Virus record (IMG/VR): IMGVR_UViG_2643221868_000001
Span: 1 to 64,000 of that record
Length of the DNA stretch: 64,000 nt
Direction: 5' to 3' (one strand)
Source of the DNA: an uncultured virus (IMG/VR IMGVR_UViG_2643221868_000001)
Lineage: Duplodnaviria; Heunggongvirae; Uroviricota; Caudoviricetes
In this document: positions 30,854 through 41,251 of the stretch, one piece after another
Layout of the letters: each line of letters starts with the position of its first letter
Position numbering within the stretch: position 1 is the first letter of the stretch
Made by a program: the position numbers and the translations under genes
The notes under the pieces: generated by a model
The model's input: only the letters and a program-made list of their open reading frames with translations
Databases searched by the model: none
What the model was told of the DNA's origin: nothing

Positions 30854-32044
30854 TCAGGGAGTGAGGAGCAGTTCCAGCTTCGGTGCGGCCAAAAGTTCTG
30901 CTGCCATCACCTCGAAAGCGTCGGTTCGGCGATGCCCTCCGACGATAGGGTGGGCGTAAATTTGAAGCGTCACGTCGAACTTCTGGTGTCCCATGAGCGA
31001 GGCCGCATCGGGAAGCGGGCACCCGTTGTGAATCCACCAACTCGCGGCGAAGTGACGAAGTGCGTGGAAGTGAAGTTGGTCGCCCTGACGATCCAGGCCA
31101 GCGCGCTTCAAGAGCGCCTGCCAATAGTGGACGTTGAAGGCAGACCACATGATCATGCGGCCGTTCTCGCCCCGAAAGACGAGATCGCGGTCGTTCTCGA
31201 CGAAGCAGTCGTCCAGCCACCGGCTAAGGAGGGCGCGGACGTGGCTCGGCATCGGGACATCCCGCTCCCCCGATTTGGTCTTCGGCCCCTTCAGTATGTC
31301 AAAGGGTGTGAGGCTATGTCGGACCTCAATGACCCCCGCCTGGAAGTTGATGCGCGACCGCTTCAGGCCCATGATTTCGCCAAGGCGCAGACCACAGAAC
31401 GCCGCGAGGTGGACCGCGCATTGCAGCATCCGATGGGTTCGGGCGTGCTGCCATTTCGCTCGGGTCTCGACCGTGGCGATTAGAGCCTGAACCTGCGGAA
31501 GGGTGAATGTGCGGATCGGGTCGGATTTGACGCTGCCGATCTCTTTCAGCGCATCTGCGACCGGGTTCACGGCGAGGTACTTCCGCTTGATGGCGAAGGC
31601 GCACATGAGCTTGAACTCAAGCACGCGCCCTTTGGCCGTTGCTGGCTTCAAGCGGCGCTCTCTAACCAGCTTCGCATACCAGTCCTCAACATCGACCGGC
31701 GTCACCTGATCCATCCGACGCTTGGCGAAATATGGAAGGACTGAGCAGCGCGCTGCGACGCCCAGGTTCTTCAAGCGTCCATGGCTGATCCGACCATCCC
31801 TCTGCCGATCCTCCATCACCCTCAGATATTCATCGGCGATTTGCTGGACCGTCCTGGGGACTAGCTTCGGCCGATGGATGCCCTCCACTTTGTCCGTCTC
31901 TACACGAGCCTTGAAAGCCTTCGCATCCTTCTGCTTGGCAAAGGTCTCAGACTCCTGCTTGTCTCCGTCCCGATACCTGACGCGCCATCCGACCTTTTTC
32001 TCTCCCTTCGCCGTGACCCATTCCCGCTTCTCAATGCTCGCCAT
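30854..32044 (-). CDS. int: Tyrosine recombinase / integrase (Element 1)
   Basis: CGLRLGEI, PKTKSG, HFHALRH, MGH and YAH catalytic residues; start MASIEK. Confidence 0.95.
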   Translation of the reverse strand: MASIEKREWVTAKGEKKVGWRVRYRDGDKQESETFAKQKDAKAFKARVETDKVEGIHRPKLVPRTVQQIADEYLRVMEDRQRDGRISHGRLKNLGVAARCSVLPYFAKRRMDQVTPVDVEDWYAKLVRERRLKPATAKGRVLEFKLMCAFAIKRKYLAVNPVADALKEIGSVKSDPIRTFTLPQVQALIATVETRAKWQHARTHRMLQCAVHLAAFCGLRLGEIMGLKRSRINFQAGVIEVRHSLTPFDILKGPKTKSGERDVPMPSHVRALLSRWLDDCFVENDRDLVFRGENGRMIMWSAFNVHYWQALLKRAGLDRQGDQLHFHALRHFAASWWIHNGCPLPDAASLMGHQKFDVTLQIYAHPIVGGHRRTDAFEVMAAELLAAPKLELLLTP

Positions 32045-32045
32045 G

Positions 32046-32200
32046 TCAGAGGTCTCCTCGGGTCGAAGGGGAAGCGCCGTGCGGCACAGCGGTATAGCTG
32101 ACGTCCATCGCGGCCTGCCGACCCGTGGCCCACAACTCCGGCACGATAGGAAGTCGGAGCGCAAACCAGAGTGAGCCGGCGGAGCGACCTTCGTTGTTTC
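32046..32200 (-). pseudogene. C-terminal remnant of an antirepressor gene
   Basis: AGSLWFALRLPIVPELWATGRQAAMDVSYTAVPHGASPSTRGDL matches the C-terminus of 48138..48731; N-terminal domain absent. Confidence 0.75.
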
Positions 32201-32437
32201 GCCCGCCCTCCGACCCCTCACGACGCATCCCCCGCGAAGAAGATTTCTTGAGTCCAGCATCCACAGTGGCACGTTTGGTTGGGACACTCTGATAGCTCGC
32301 AGCCGGGCTCACAGCCGCACTACGCGGCCGGCTGTGGGTTTGGAAAGACATGATCCCGGGTTCTCTGGGGCTCGAACCGGCTTCTCACGGCCGGTGGCTC
32401 CCTCGCCGGGGAACCAATGCCAGCGGACGACACTGGC

Positions 32438-32522
32438 GCCGGGAGGGTGAGAACACGCCTCAGAGAACGTGCCCGCTCGCCTTCCCCCTCTCGGGGTCTT
32501 GTATAGCGAACGGACTCCCAGC
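32438..32522 (-). ncRNA. C4-like antisense RNA (Element 1)
   Basis: Closing stem GCTGGGAG/CTCCCGGC with inner hairpins; GTTCTCAC and TTCTCTGAG are complementary to up- and downstream sites. Confidence 0.65.
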
Positions 32523-32738
32523 ATAGTATCGCCGGTCGCGCCCGCTAGTTAAAGTGGGCACGTCGTTTTACGGGGCTCTTCACTCGGCAAGGTGATTAGC
32601 TTCCGTCTGAGATAGAACCGCCAACCCCTAGTAGGGCCCGGTTCGGGAGTTCTCACGCTCCGTATTCATCATGACACGAGAAACCCGAGCCCAGCAAGGC
32701 GGCGCGGCGTTCGCCGTGCGCATAGGGTGAGGGGCATC

Positions 32739-33485
32739 ATGAACCAAGAAATTTCAAAGCTTCCAGCATCCGACAGCCGACCTGTGTTGGGTGCTAACGC
32801 AAATGATCGGTGGGCCGCTTTAGCGCGGGCAGGTGTTGGTCTTGTGCCAATAGTGGGATCTGCGCTCGTCGAAGTAGTCGCGGAGATTGTGCCTAATCAG
32901 AGAGTGGACCGTATCGAAGCTTATCTTCGAGCGCTTGAGGAGCGTATTGATCGTCTAAGCAGCGATGAGACGGCGGAAAATATTGCGAGCGAAATGAAGC
33001 GACCAGAAAAAGTCGCCCTAATTGAAGAGGGGGCGTCTGTTTCTGCACGACTCATTAGTAGTGATCGCCGCGGGCATATTGCACAAATTGTAGCGTATGG
33101 GCTGACCCAAGAGGTGTCAGGCACTTTGACGACCCAACGCTTCATTTTTTTATACGGCGAATTGGATGATGGAGATATTGCGCTTCTTATTTCTTGGGCC
33201 GAACCCATGGGAGCCGTTTGGCGTCTACATCCGCAAAGGGCAGATTTCCCTAATTCGGATGAGTATCATGTGGCCGAGGGGCTTCATGATGCATCCGTAA
33301 TGAAACTTGAACGGCTTGGCCTGCTGCAATTTTTACCCAGAACTGGAGGTAATTCACATGCTCCAATCAATAATAGGTTTTCGGGCAGACCGGAGGGGTC
33401 TCACATTTTGTCACCGCTAGGAAGGGCGTTACTAAACCGACTTGAATTGAGCGATCTTCCCGGTGAAAGCGTCGGTAATGAATGA
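32739..33485 (+). CDS. Cargo hypothetical protein
   Basis: Lower GC; antisense to core genes; GVGLVPIVGSALVEV..PNQRVDRI N-terminus. Confidence 0.65.
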   Translation: MNQEISKLPASDSRPVLGANANDRWAALARAGVGLVPIVGSALVEVVAEIVPNQRVDRIEAYLRALEERIDRLSSDETAENIASEMKRPEKVALIEEGASVSARLISSDRRGHIAQIVAYGLTQEVSGTLTTQRFIFLYGELDDGDIALLISWAEPMGAVWRLHPQRADFPNSDEYHVAEGLHDASVMKLERLGLLQFLPRTGGNSHAPINNRFSGRPEGSHILSPLGRALLNRLELSDLPGESVGNE

Positions 33486-33528
33486 AATCTTAGCTTTTGA
33501 TTCTTGAATGCCGTGTTGCAGCGGGATC

Positions 33529-33557
33529 TTGACTTCTGACCAACGCTCCCTCATATT
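33529..33557 (+). promoter_or_regulatory. Sigma70-like promoter
   Basis: TTGACT-17 bp-CATATT upstream of 33607. Confidence 0.5.
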
Positions 33558-33606
33558 GCGGACATGGCCGAGGGGTTGTCCCCGGCCGGATTGAGGGACT
33601 ACCCCA

Positions 33607-33843
33607 ATGGCCAGCACTTCCGCCCCTAACAGCCTCGACATCGCCGAGCAGGTCGCCCGCGTTCTCCGCTCGAACGCCGAGACCCAGAAGTTCATCGACG
33701 AGCAGGCGAAGCTCCGCGCCGAGGCCGAGAAGCTGGCCCGCGACCGCGCTCTTGCTCCCTGGCAGATCGTCCTTTCCAGCATGGCCGCTGGTGCCGCCCT
33801 GTTTGGTGCGGGCGCCGCCTTCATCAAGGTTTTCGGGGCTTGA
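33607..33843 (+). CDS. Small protein with coiled coil and C-terminal TM segment
   Basis: GAGGGA RBS; hydrophobic C-terminus. Confidence 0.6.
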   Translation: MASTSAPNSLDIAEQVARVLRSNAETQKFIDEQAKLRAEAEKLARDRALAPWQIVLSSMAAGAALFGAGAAFIKVFGA

Positions 33844-34052
33844 CCCCGGATCGCCTCCGCGACGTCCTGGCCCTGCTGCGCTGGTCGCAGCGGGGTCTTT
33901 CCGATGCGTTGGGCTGCGATGACCGCCTCGTGAGGCGCTGGGCTTCTGGCGATGCCTCCGTGCCGCCTGACGTTGCTTCGTGGCTGGAAGCGCTTGCGTC
34001 CGCGCATGAGAGGCACCCTGCCCCCGGTGGGTGGCGTCGGCGGGTCGCCTGA
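33840..34052 (+). CDS. Small XRE-like HTH protein
   Basis: WSQRGLSDALGCDDRLVRRWASG. Confidence 0.7.
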   Translation: MTPDRLRDVLALLRWSQRGLSDALGCDDRLVRRWASGDASVPPDVASWLEALASAHERHPAPGGWRRRVA

Positions 34053-34065
34053 GACGATGGCAGCC

Positions 34066-34330
34066 ATGGACCTGAGCGAGTTCTGCATTGGCGGCGAGTT
34101 CATGTGCGGCGACAAGCGGTAGCGTTGCACGGACATCGGCACGCGAGTCGTCGTTGCCATCTGAGTCGATGAGACCACAATCGCCAGGAAGTCGGGCGAC
34201 GGACTTGTGACGACGCTCGTCGTTCCCGGTGCGGAAGCTGAGGCGATGGGTTGGTTCAATAGCCCCCCCCTATGGCGTGGCCGAGACCACCTTTGATGAG
34301 GACGGCCGCGAAACCTGTGAGTTGGTCTAA
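34066..34330 (+). pseudogene. Decayed hypothetical gene
   Basis: MDLSEFCIGGEFMCGDKR*RCTDIGTRVVVAI*..GWFNSPP/YGVAETTFDED: two in-frame stops and a frameshift in the C8 run at 34263-34270. Confidence 0.5.
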
Positions 34331-34722
34331 TTTTACGTCTGCCCCGTCTTTCTTGAAATCAAACGATTGTTGCTTCGTTAACTCGCTAGCCTCTGAATCG
34401 ACCGTATCAAACGCCTTCGCCATCTGAGCAATGCGTATCGACACCCTATACGCCGACAAATGTTGCGCGTGGACTTGACCCTTGTGGGTTTGCTCAGCAA
34501 GGGCCTCAAACGGTCGAGGATACGGTCCAGTCAATATTACCCTTGCTAAACTCTGAACTCGAACACCCGTATCCGACTTCTCCATGAATTAGCGTATGGT
34601 GCCAATTGCTTCAGAAATTTGAAAAGAACCTCGATATATGAGGAAGTTGAACTCGCGGGCCTCGACCATAACACGAGCAGGCACTAAACTCTTTGAAGGC
34701 ACGTATGCAGCTAGGGAATGTC

Positions 34723-36606
34723 ATGCGTTATAAAAGTTTTCGAATTGTCAATTTCAAAGGTATCAAGGACACAACAATTGATCTAGATGCCGGGCACGCT
34801 GCCGTTTTTCCATTCGTTGGGCTAAATGAGAGTGGGAAGACAACTATTTTAGAGGCTATACATAGTTTCTCGCCTGACCCAGCCACGAGCGAGTTAGTGG
34901 GCGGGGACGAAACTTCGGGAGTTCCTTATAAATTTCGCGTTCCCAGGCATCTAATATCAAGTTTTACGGGTAGAGTTTCAGTGATAGCGACAGTATCGGT
35001 TTCGAAGACAAACGCGCATGCTATTGAATTATTTTTGAGCAGAAGCGGAATAATAATTGATAGATCAAAGGTACCGAATGAGGTTGTCTTTGAAAGGCAC
35101 CAGGATTTTGTAAACGGTGATTTTCAGAAAAGCAGCTTTGCGTTGAAGTTGTCTATGCAAGTAAAAACGGGAAAGCAGAAGAAATGGAGAGCACCAACTG
35201 CCGCTGAAATAGATTATATTCGAGACGCATTCTACGCTTTTACTCCCGATATAGCTTATTTTCCAACTTTTGTTTTCGATTTTCCGAAAACTATCTATCT
35301 CACTAATAAGGGTAATAAGGTTGATAAATTTTACCGTCGAGTTTTTCAAGACATTTTAGATTATGATGGGCAAGGACATAAGATCACAGACAATATCGTT
35401 CGTCGAATTCGCGAGCCAGATATGGTCGTCCCATGGACTTCGTTTTTAGGAATATTTGGTAGACACGATGCAAGGGAAAAAATCCAACACGTTATAGACC
35501 GTGCCGGCGCCGTTGTTACTAAAGTTGTCTTTGGTCGGTGGAATGAAATATTCGGAGAAAGCGCCCAGGGAAAAGAAGTCACTATCTCCTTTGACACAGA
35601 AGAGGGGACGATAACAGAGACCTCTGGCACAATTAAAAAAACCAATGAGCACGATATATTCATAAAGTTTCAAATTAAAGACGGAACTAGGCGGTTTGCC
35701 GTTAATGATCGGTCCCTTGGGTTTCGATGGTTCTTTGCATTTATGCTGTTTACACAGTTCCGCGTCGCGAGGAATGAATCTCAGAATATGCTGTTCTTGT
35801 TTGACGAGCCGGCGTCGAATCTTCACGCGGCCGCTCAGCAGAAGCTAATCGATAGCTTTCCTGAGATTGTGAAGGGAGAACATACACTGATTTACACGAC
35901 CCACAGCCATTATATGATTGAGCCAAAATGGTTGGAGCAGACATTTATCGTTACAAACAGATCAGATACTCCCCTTAAATCAGTCTTAGAGGCGATATCA
36001 CTGGATGATGAATCGCTTGATATTAAAGCTAATCGTTATAGGGCGTTTATTGACCTCCACCCTAACAAAACTAGCTATTTTCAGCCAATACTAGATAGAC
36101 TGGAAGTGATACCGTCACGGTTCGATATAAAAAAGAGCTCTATCGTTTTAGAGGGTAAATCGGATTACTATGTTCTGCGATACGCAAAAGAGCTATTAAA
36201 GAAACGAGAGTTGCCCTTATTGCCGGGATTAGGGGCTGGCACATTTGGCGCCCTTGTTGCGCTCCACGTAGGGTGGAATTTAAAGTTTTTGTTTGTGCTT
36301 GACGGGGATAAGCAGGGTAAAAATGAAAAGAAACGATACGAAACAGAGTTTGGGGTGCCGCCTGATAGAGTCATTACGATAACTGACATTGTCCCAAGCG
36401 TAAGTGTCATTGAAGATTTATTTGATGTTGACGCGCTAGATATAATAAAAAATACATTAAATATAAATGAAAGGCCAAAGAAGGGCCAAATTCTTAGATT
36501 TTGTCAGGAAAGTTTAGCGAGTGATAATGTTATCCCGTTGGGTGAAGAATTCAATAAATTAGCAAGCATTGTTTTAGAAGATTTGGAAAAGAGGCTGGCC
36601 GTGTAA
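34723..36606 (+). CDS. OLD-family-like ABC ATPase with TOPRIM nuclease domain (defence candidate)
   Basis: Walker A GLNESGKT, signature RSLGFRWF, Walker B FLFDEP, TTHS; TOPRIM VLEGKSD and LDGD; AT-rich. Confidence 0.85.
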   Translation: MRYKSFRIVNFKGIKDTTIDLDAGHAAVFPFVGLNESGKTTILEAIHSFSPDPATSELVGGDETSGVPYKFRVPRHLISSFTGRVSVIATVSVSKTNAHAIELFLSRSGIIIDRSKVPNEVVFERHQDFVNGDFQKSSFALKLSMQVKTGKQKKWRAPTAAEIDYIRDAFYAFTPDIAYFPTFVFDFPKTIYLTNKGNKVDKFYRRVFQDILDYDGQGHKITDNIVRRIREPDMVVPWTSFLGIFGRHDAREKIQHVIDRAGAVVTKVVFGRWNEIFGESAQGKEVTISFDTEEGTITETSGTIKKTNEHDIFIKFQIKDGTRRFAVNDRSLGFRWFFAFMLFTQFRVARNESQNMLFLFDEPASNLHAAAQQKLIDSFPEIVKGEHTLIYTTHSHYMIEPKWLEQTFIVTNRSDTPLKSVLEAISLDDESLDIKANRYRAFIDLHPNKTSYFQPILDRLEVIPSRFDIKKSSIVLEGKSDYYVLRYAKELLKKRELPLLPGLGAGTFGALVALHVGWNLKFLFVLDGDKQGKNEKKRYETEFGVPPDRVITITDIVPSVSVIEDLFDVDALDIIKNTLNINERPKKGQILRFCQESLASDNVIPLGEEFNKLASIVLEDLEKRLAV

Positions 36607-36919
36607 GTCGAGAGGGTTTCGTTCTCGTCAGTAGGCATCGCCGCTCTAAAGCGGCCCCTGCCCTTGCCGCCCCATACTGCCGGAGTGCGTTATCGCCGGC
36701 TGCGGTCGGGTTGCGGGGGCGAGGCTCTGTAGAAGCCGGCGCTGCGTCGCGCCACGGTGCCACTGGTGCGGGTTTCGGTGTCGCCAAGAGGACGAAGCGG
36801 CTGACGTGCGCTCATGGTTTGGGAATCGCAGGCGTCGGAAGTGATCTCGTTGTTCGTCTCGAATGTGCCCTGCCCTCAGTCGCAGGCCGATGTTGGAAGT
36901 TGGAGAATCCTGCTTGGCA

Positions 36920-37150
36920 TTACGCGGGGCGCTGGCGCCGTCCGCGTGATTTCTGCGCCTCCGGCTCCGGTTCCGCCGGGGCGGGCTCCGGCGCCGCCTC
37001 TGGCGCGGCCTCCTCGAAGGTCACGAGGCCATTGCCCCGCAACTCCACGGCCCGCGAGCGGGAAACTTGATAGGGCTGGTCGGTCGCCTGCTTCAGGTCC
37101 GGACCCTCGAGATAGGTCCGGACCGGCTGGACGATCACGTCATCGGCCAT
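36920..37150 (-). CDS. Small post-capsid protein (Element 1)
   Basis: Near-identical to 55248..55478; homologous to helper 30336..30614. Confidence 0.75.
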   Translation of the reverse strand: MADDVIVQPVRTYLEGPDLKQATDQPYQVSRSRAVELRGNGLVTFEEAAPEAAPEPAPAEPEPEAQKSRGRRQRPA

Positions 37151-37161
37151 GGTCGCCTCCC

Positions 37162-38433
37162 CTATGCCAGCGTGGCGGAGAGGCTACCGGTCACGAACGA
37201 CGCCGGACGCTTCACAGTGAAGGCCAGGCGCTCCTCGGCACGTAGGGTGATGAGGTTGCGGCGGAAGTTGTCGCCGTCTTCCGACGAGGCCAGTACCTCG
37301 ATTCCCATCCGGTCGAAGATCTGTGCCTGCGTCTTGAACGGACCGACGAGGAAGGTGCCCTTCGGCATCCGGTTCGTAGTCGCCACCGGCGTCTGCCAGA
37401 TGCGCTGAAGGACGGACGCCTCGAACGGCGAGTTGCCGATGTAGCGGCCCTGCGTGTCCTTCATGGCCTGGAGCATCCGCCAATCGACGGCGTTCAGGAC
37501 CATGCCGTCCACCTTCCAGTTCAGCGCCTCCACCTGAGCGATGGCCTGGATGAGCACGTCGAGGGGCGAGCCCGTCGCGTTCGTCCACTGCTTCACGAAG
37601 GCGCTGGCCTGCGGGACGATGCCGAGCAGGTTCTGGCCGGTGCCGTCGCCGAACAGAAGCTGCGCGTCCTCGACGTCGGCGAGGCCGTTGCGCGCCTCGG
37701 CGTCGATGGTGGCGGCGAGCGCCGGGGCGTCGTCGATGATCTGCCGGCTGGCGAGGAAGTAGTGCGCCAAGGTGCGAACCGGCGCCGTCACCTCCTCGAA
37801 GGCAAGGTCCGATTGCGGCTTCAGCGCGCCTTCCGCCACCATGGCGGCCCCGATGGTGCGGCTGGTCATCCGGGGGTAGGAGACCGCATTGGAGATGGTC
37901 GTCCCCTGCGCGACGAGATCGCGGACCGTGAGAGCATTCCAGGGCAGAAGAGCCGGATCGCTGACACGCTGGTCGCGGCCGACGAGAGAACCGCCGGAAG
38001 CCGTCACGCTGGTGATGTTCTTGTGCTCGTCCTCGGTCGAGGCGACTTCGGCACGAAAGCGCAGGCCCTGCCGGTCGCGGGAGCCATCGAACGACTTGTA
38101 TTCCGGGGCCTCAACGAACCGCTGCCCCCAGGATTTCGGGCCGGCGAGAGACCCGCCACCGCCCCGCCGAGCCGCCTTCTGCTCTGCATCGGCCAGCCGG
38201 GCGTCCATGTCGCCGAGCTTCGACTTCACCTCGCCCATTGCGGCCTCGGCCTTGCCCAGGCGCTCGTCGGTCCTGGTGAAGAGGCCCTTGGTCTCGGTGT
38301 GGTTGGCGTCGAGGCGCTGCATCACAGCCGAACCCAGGTTCTCCGGGTTGTCGAAGGCGATGCGGAAGCGGCCGATGGTGTTGGCGGCGAGGAAGGCGGC
38401 GGAACCGCCGGCCAGGGTGTTGTGACGGTTCAT
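37162..38433 (-). CDS. HK97-family major capsid protein (Element 1)
   Basis: RLADAEQK, VAEGALKPQSD, ASRQIIDDAP, QLLFGDGTG and RAEERLA motifs. Confidence 0.92.
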   Translation of the reverse strand: MNRHNTLAGGSAAFLAANTIGRFRIAFDNPENLGSAVMQRLDANHTETKGLFTRTDERLGKAEAAMGEVKSKLGDMDARLADAEQKAARRGGGGSLAGPKSWGQRFVEAPEYKSFDGSRDRQGLRFRAEVASTEDEHKNITSVTASGGSLVGRDQRVSDPALLPWNALTVRDLVAQGTTISNAVSYPRMTSRTIGAAMVAEGALKPQSDLAFEEVTAPVRTLAHYFLASRQIIDDAPALAATIDAEARNGLADVEDAQLLFGDGTGQNLLGIVPQASAFVKQWTNATGSPLDVLIQAIAQVEALNWKVDGMVLNAVDWRMLQAMKDTQGRYIGNSPFEASVLQRIWQTPVATTNRMPKGTFLVGPFKTQAQIFDRMGIEVLASSEDGDNFRRNLITLRAEERLAFTVKRPASFVTGSLSATLA

Positions 38434-39125
38434 CGGTTCAAGCCTTTCAGGTCGAGGAGATTGCGGTCGAGCGCCTTCACGAGGTCGCGCAACATTGGAT
38501 CGTTGGAGGGTTGGGGTTCGTCGGAGAGTGCGGCCCAGCCGCCGGCCACGATCTGCCGGGCTGCGGCCTTGGACAGACCGCTCTTTCGAAGCAGGGTTTC
38601 GAGTTCGCCGCGCGCCGCGAGCTTCACGGAGCCGACGCGAGCGAGGGAGTTGGACGGCTCGTCCACGATAGAGACTTCGTGGAGGTTGATTGCCTTGAGG
38701 AGGCGCCTGGGTTCGCCGACGCGCTTGCCGTTAACAGCGCCGCCGGCCGGGACACGGTAGCCGATGGAGAGGCCAGAGATGGCCCCATCCTTCACCCGCT
38801 CGTAGTAGTGCCGCCCCCGGTCGGTGTTCATGCCGGATATGCGGCCCCGGACATGCAGGCCCTTGCTGTCCTCTGACATGGCCTTCCACACGCCAATCGC
38901 GGGCTCGCCACCGTACTCCGGCAGACCGTGATTGAAGTGCATCGGGACGGCAGGCAGGCCGCTCTGGACGCGACGGTCGAGACTGGCCTTGAAGGCGCCG
39001 GGCGCGATTGTGTCGCCATGGCTATCGATATTGCCGAAGAACGCGCCGTAGCCTTCGAACTCACCGGCATCGGTGTTGCCAGCGAGCTTTATTTCGAGCG
39101 GGGCTGAGAGGGTTTCGAGGTCCAT
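38430..39125 (-). CDS. HK97-family prohead protease (Element 1)
   Basis: FEGYGAFFGNIDSHGD, MHFNH, GLSIGY and LHEVSIVDEPSN motifs. Confidence 0.92.
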   Translation of the reverse strand: MDLETLSAPLEIKLAGNTDAGEFEGYGAFFGNIDSHGDTIAPGAFKASLDRRVQSGLPAVPMHFNHGLPEYGGEPAIGVWKAMSEDSKGLHVRGRISGMNTDRGRHYYERVKDGAISGLSIGYRVPAGGAVNGKRVGEPRRLLKAINLHEVSIVDEPSNSLARVGSVKLAARGELETLLRKSGLSKAAARQIVAGGWAALSDEPQPSNDPMLRDLVKALDRNLLDLKGLNR

Positions 39126-39322
39126 CGATCACCTTCGTGGATCAAAGCGACGGACACGACAGACAGACCGCTCGAAGCGGTGTCGGTAGGTGTCCAGTTC
39201 AGCCTTGCCGCCTAGCGTCCGCCAGTGCGCCGAAGGTGTCTCGTCGAAGATGCCCCGTGCCACACGGTGACAGCCGAACCGATCGATAACGCCTAAAGCT
39301 TTACGGCAAGCGATAGGTTCCG

Positions 39323-39607
39323 TCAATGGCTGAGATGGCTGCCGATAGCCTTCCGGTCGCGGGCCGCGGCCTGTAGCTCGGGTGAGATGTTCGCCAAAGC
39401 TGTGCCGGCCGAGATGATCCGAACGGCGCTCTTAGCGACACCTTCAACGTCGATCAGCAGAGCGCAGGCGACAACGAGCCCCATCTCAGCCACGTCGGCA
39501 GGCTTGGCGCCGGCCTCGATCAGCTCGCGGAGCTTGTCGCGGATGGCTTCCTGCAACGGCTCGGAGCGGAGGTCTTCGTGGAGCGAGGCGTAAGGGTGAT
39601 CGGACAT
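39323..39607 (-). CDS. Conserved satellite protein, homologous to 56985..57278
   Basis: YASLHEDL..EP and SPELQ shared between the two elements. Confidence 0.7.
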   Translation of the reverse strand: MSDHPYASLHEDLRSEPLQEAIRDKLRELIEAGAKPADVAEMGLVVACALLIDVEGVAKSAVRIISAGTALANISPELQAAARDRKAIGSHLSH

Positions 39608-39780
39608 GGTGTCTCCAGGGGTGGGGGTGAGTGAAAAGGTTCGGCCGATAGGGCGTGGACCGCATGGGAAGCGGCGTTCGCACTCGACAGAATTTTAGGA
39701 AGGGGGGTTTCGGCCGGATCGGGCTAAAGCCGATGGAGCGGCGAACGAAAAGCGGTTTAAACGGTGTATCAGTTCGTGCG

Positions 39781-40209
39781 TTATTTGCCGCCGAGAATGC
39801 CCGTTGGGGTACGTGGCACTTGGAACGGGGATCGCGGCCGATCCGGCTCGAGAAGGCTGTCCCAGGCATCGGTCCCGAGCTTTTCAGCCGCAAGCCGAGC
39901 CGCCTCTTTCTTCCCAGGACGCGGGATTGGCGGCGCTATCAGGCGTAGGTCGCGGGCCAGCCGCCGACTGGTCGAGGTCGCCGCCTCAATCGCCCTCGTG
40001 AGCCTTAGGTATTCGTCGGTTGGCAGGCCGGGCGTCACTCGATCCCGCAGTTCGGCTAGTCGGAGCCGGGCCGCGACATAGTCCGCCACCATATCGAGTT
40101 CGGCGTCTGAAATGGGCTTCCCGAGGGCCGAACGGGCTGCAATCACCCTGCGAAACTCGCGCTTTTCGGCACGGCGCATCCATGATGGCGGGGTCGGTTC
40201 AATCATCAA
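39781..40209 (-). CDS. Putative small terminase subunit (P27-like)
   Basis: PPSWM...EKREFRRV..ISDAELDMVADYV..RRLARDLRL; lies immediately after the cos-like site. Confidence 0.55.
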   Translation of the reverse strand: MMIEPTPPSWMRRAEKREFRRVIAARSALGKPISDAELDMVADYVAARLRLAELRDRVTPGLPTDEYLRLTRAIEAATSTSRRLARDLRLIAPPIPRPGKKEAARLAAEKLGTDAWDSLLEPDRPRSPFQVPRTPTGILGGK

Positions 40210-40289
40210 TCGCCCTGCGGAAATCGAAAAAACGGCGAGGGGATCGGCGGGACGTCCGGCAGGGTCCGCACGCGAAAACCATTCCCAGC

Positions 40290-40360
40290 AAAAAAATCTG
40301 CGCGTGCGATCCTGTGCGATGCGTGGCCCTTAGGGCCTCTGAGTTTTGCTTCCCCCCCCG
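40290..40360 (-). other. cos-like packaging region (Element 1)
   Basis: G-run, AAAACTC, GGCCCTAAGGGCC, GCATCGCA and GCAGATTTTTT between HNH and TerS; conserved with 57566-57637. Confidence 0.55.
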
Positions 40361-40487
40361 CCCAGTGCCAGATCATGGCTCGATGTAGGTAGACGCCTCA
40401 ATTTCTTGGGTTGTCGATGAGCAAATTGCCATGCCAAGGTGTGCCAGCCAAGTTCGGGCACCTCCAGCCTAACGCATGCGGTGACAA

Positions 40488-41228
40488 ATGTTCAAGCAGG
40501 ATCTGGTCGTAAGACCTATCAGAGATTTTGTTTTCCCAATTGGGGTGGTGATAAATAACCGTTTCTTACTGAGAGGAACCGCCTTTTTTATTGGTGATAA
40601 AGGTTTTGCAATTACCGCTTCACACGTCATTGATCAGCTTCACTTCGATGACGATAAAAACCGGTATGTTGGTAGCGATATCGTTGGTCTATTTATTAAT
40701 GAGGCCGCAAAGTGGGAGGCTGTTGGAATAATAGGCGCAGAAAAACACCCAGACGAAGACGTTGCCATCATAAAAATGGATGGAGCATTTCAGAGCATTT
40801 TTCAAGTAACGCCTTCACAGGAAAATTCCTCATGTGAATATGACCTCTGGGGGTATCCTGAACGAGTCGCGCACGAAATACGCGCTCTCGCAACGAATGC
40901 CGAAGAAGCCAAGCATATGATTTCGCCCGATCTCATATATAGTCGAGGTTATATTCGTAGGCGGATCTCTCGTTCTCTGGGGTCATCAATATACATTGGT
41001 CGTTTTTTCTATGAGCTGAGTGCTGTTGCTGGGGCATGCTGCTCGGGATCGCCGATTATTGCTCGCCCGCTTGTTGCAAATGCCCCTTATCGAGTAATAG
41101 GTGTATATATTGGAGAAGAGACAGCTGGTCAGCCTGCGGTAGGGTATGCGACGCGCTTCGATGACATTAAAAGTTGGATGCCCCAGCTAACCGGACAGCT
41201 TTTGCATCACCTGCCTGCCATCGGCTAA
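40488..41228 (+). CDS. Trypsin-like serine protease (cargo)
   Basis: Catalytic triad in ITASHV, DEDVAII and CSGSPII; lower GC. Confidence 0.8.
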   Translation: MFKQDLVVRPIRDFVFPIGVVINNRFLLRGTAFFIGDKGFAITASHVIDQLHFDDDKNRYVGSDIVGLFINEAAKWEAVGIIGAEKHPDEDVAIIKMDGAFQSIFQVTPSQENSSCEYDLWGYPERVAHEIRALATNAEEAKHMISPDLIYSRGYIRRRISRSLGSSIYIGRFFYELSAVAGACCSGSPIIARPLVANAPYRVIGVYIGEETAGQPAVGYATRFDDIKSWMPQLTGQLLHHLPAIG

Positions 41229-41251
41229 GGTGGAACTAGTGCGTTTCGGGC

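Noticed and set aside
32438-32522. tRNA gene (also considered for 50119-50199)
   Set aside because: The structured units lack T-loop and D-loop consensus and a CCA end; complementary flanking targets fit a C4-like antisense RNA better.
33432-34259. 275-aa - strand ORF
   Set aside because: Overlaps better-supported + strand genes and a pseudogene; low-complexity composition.
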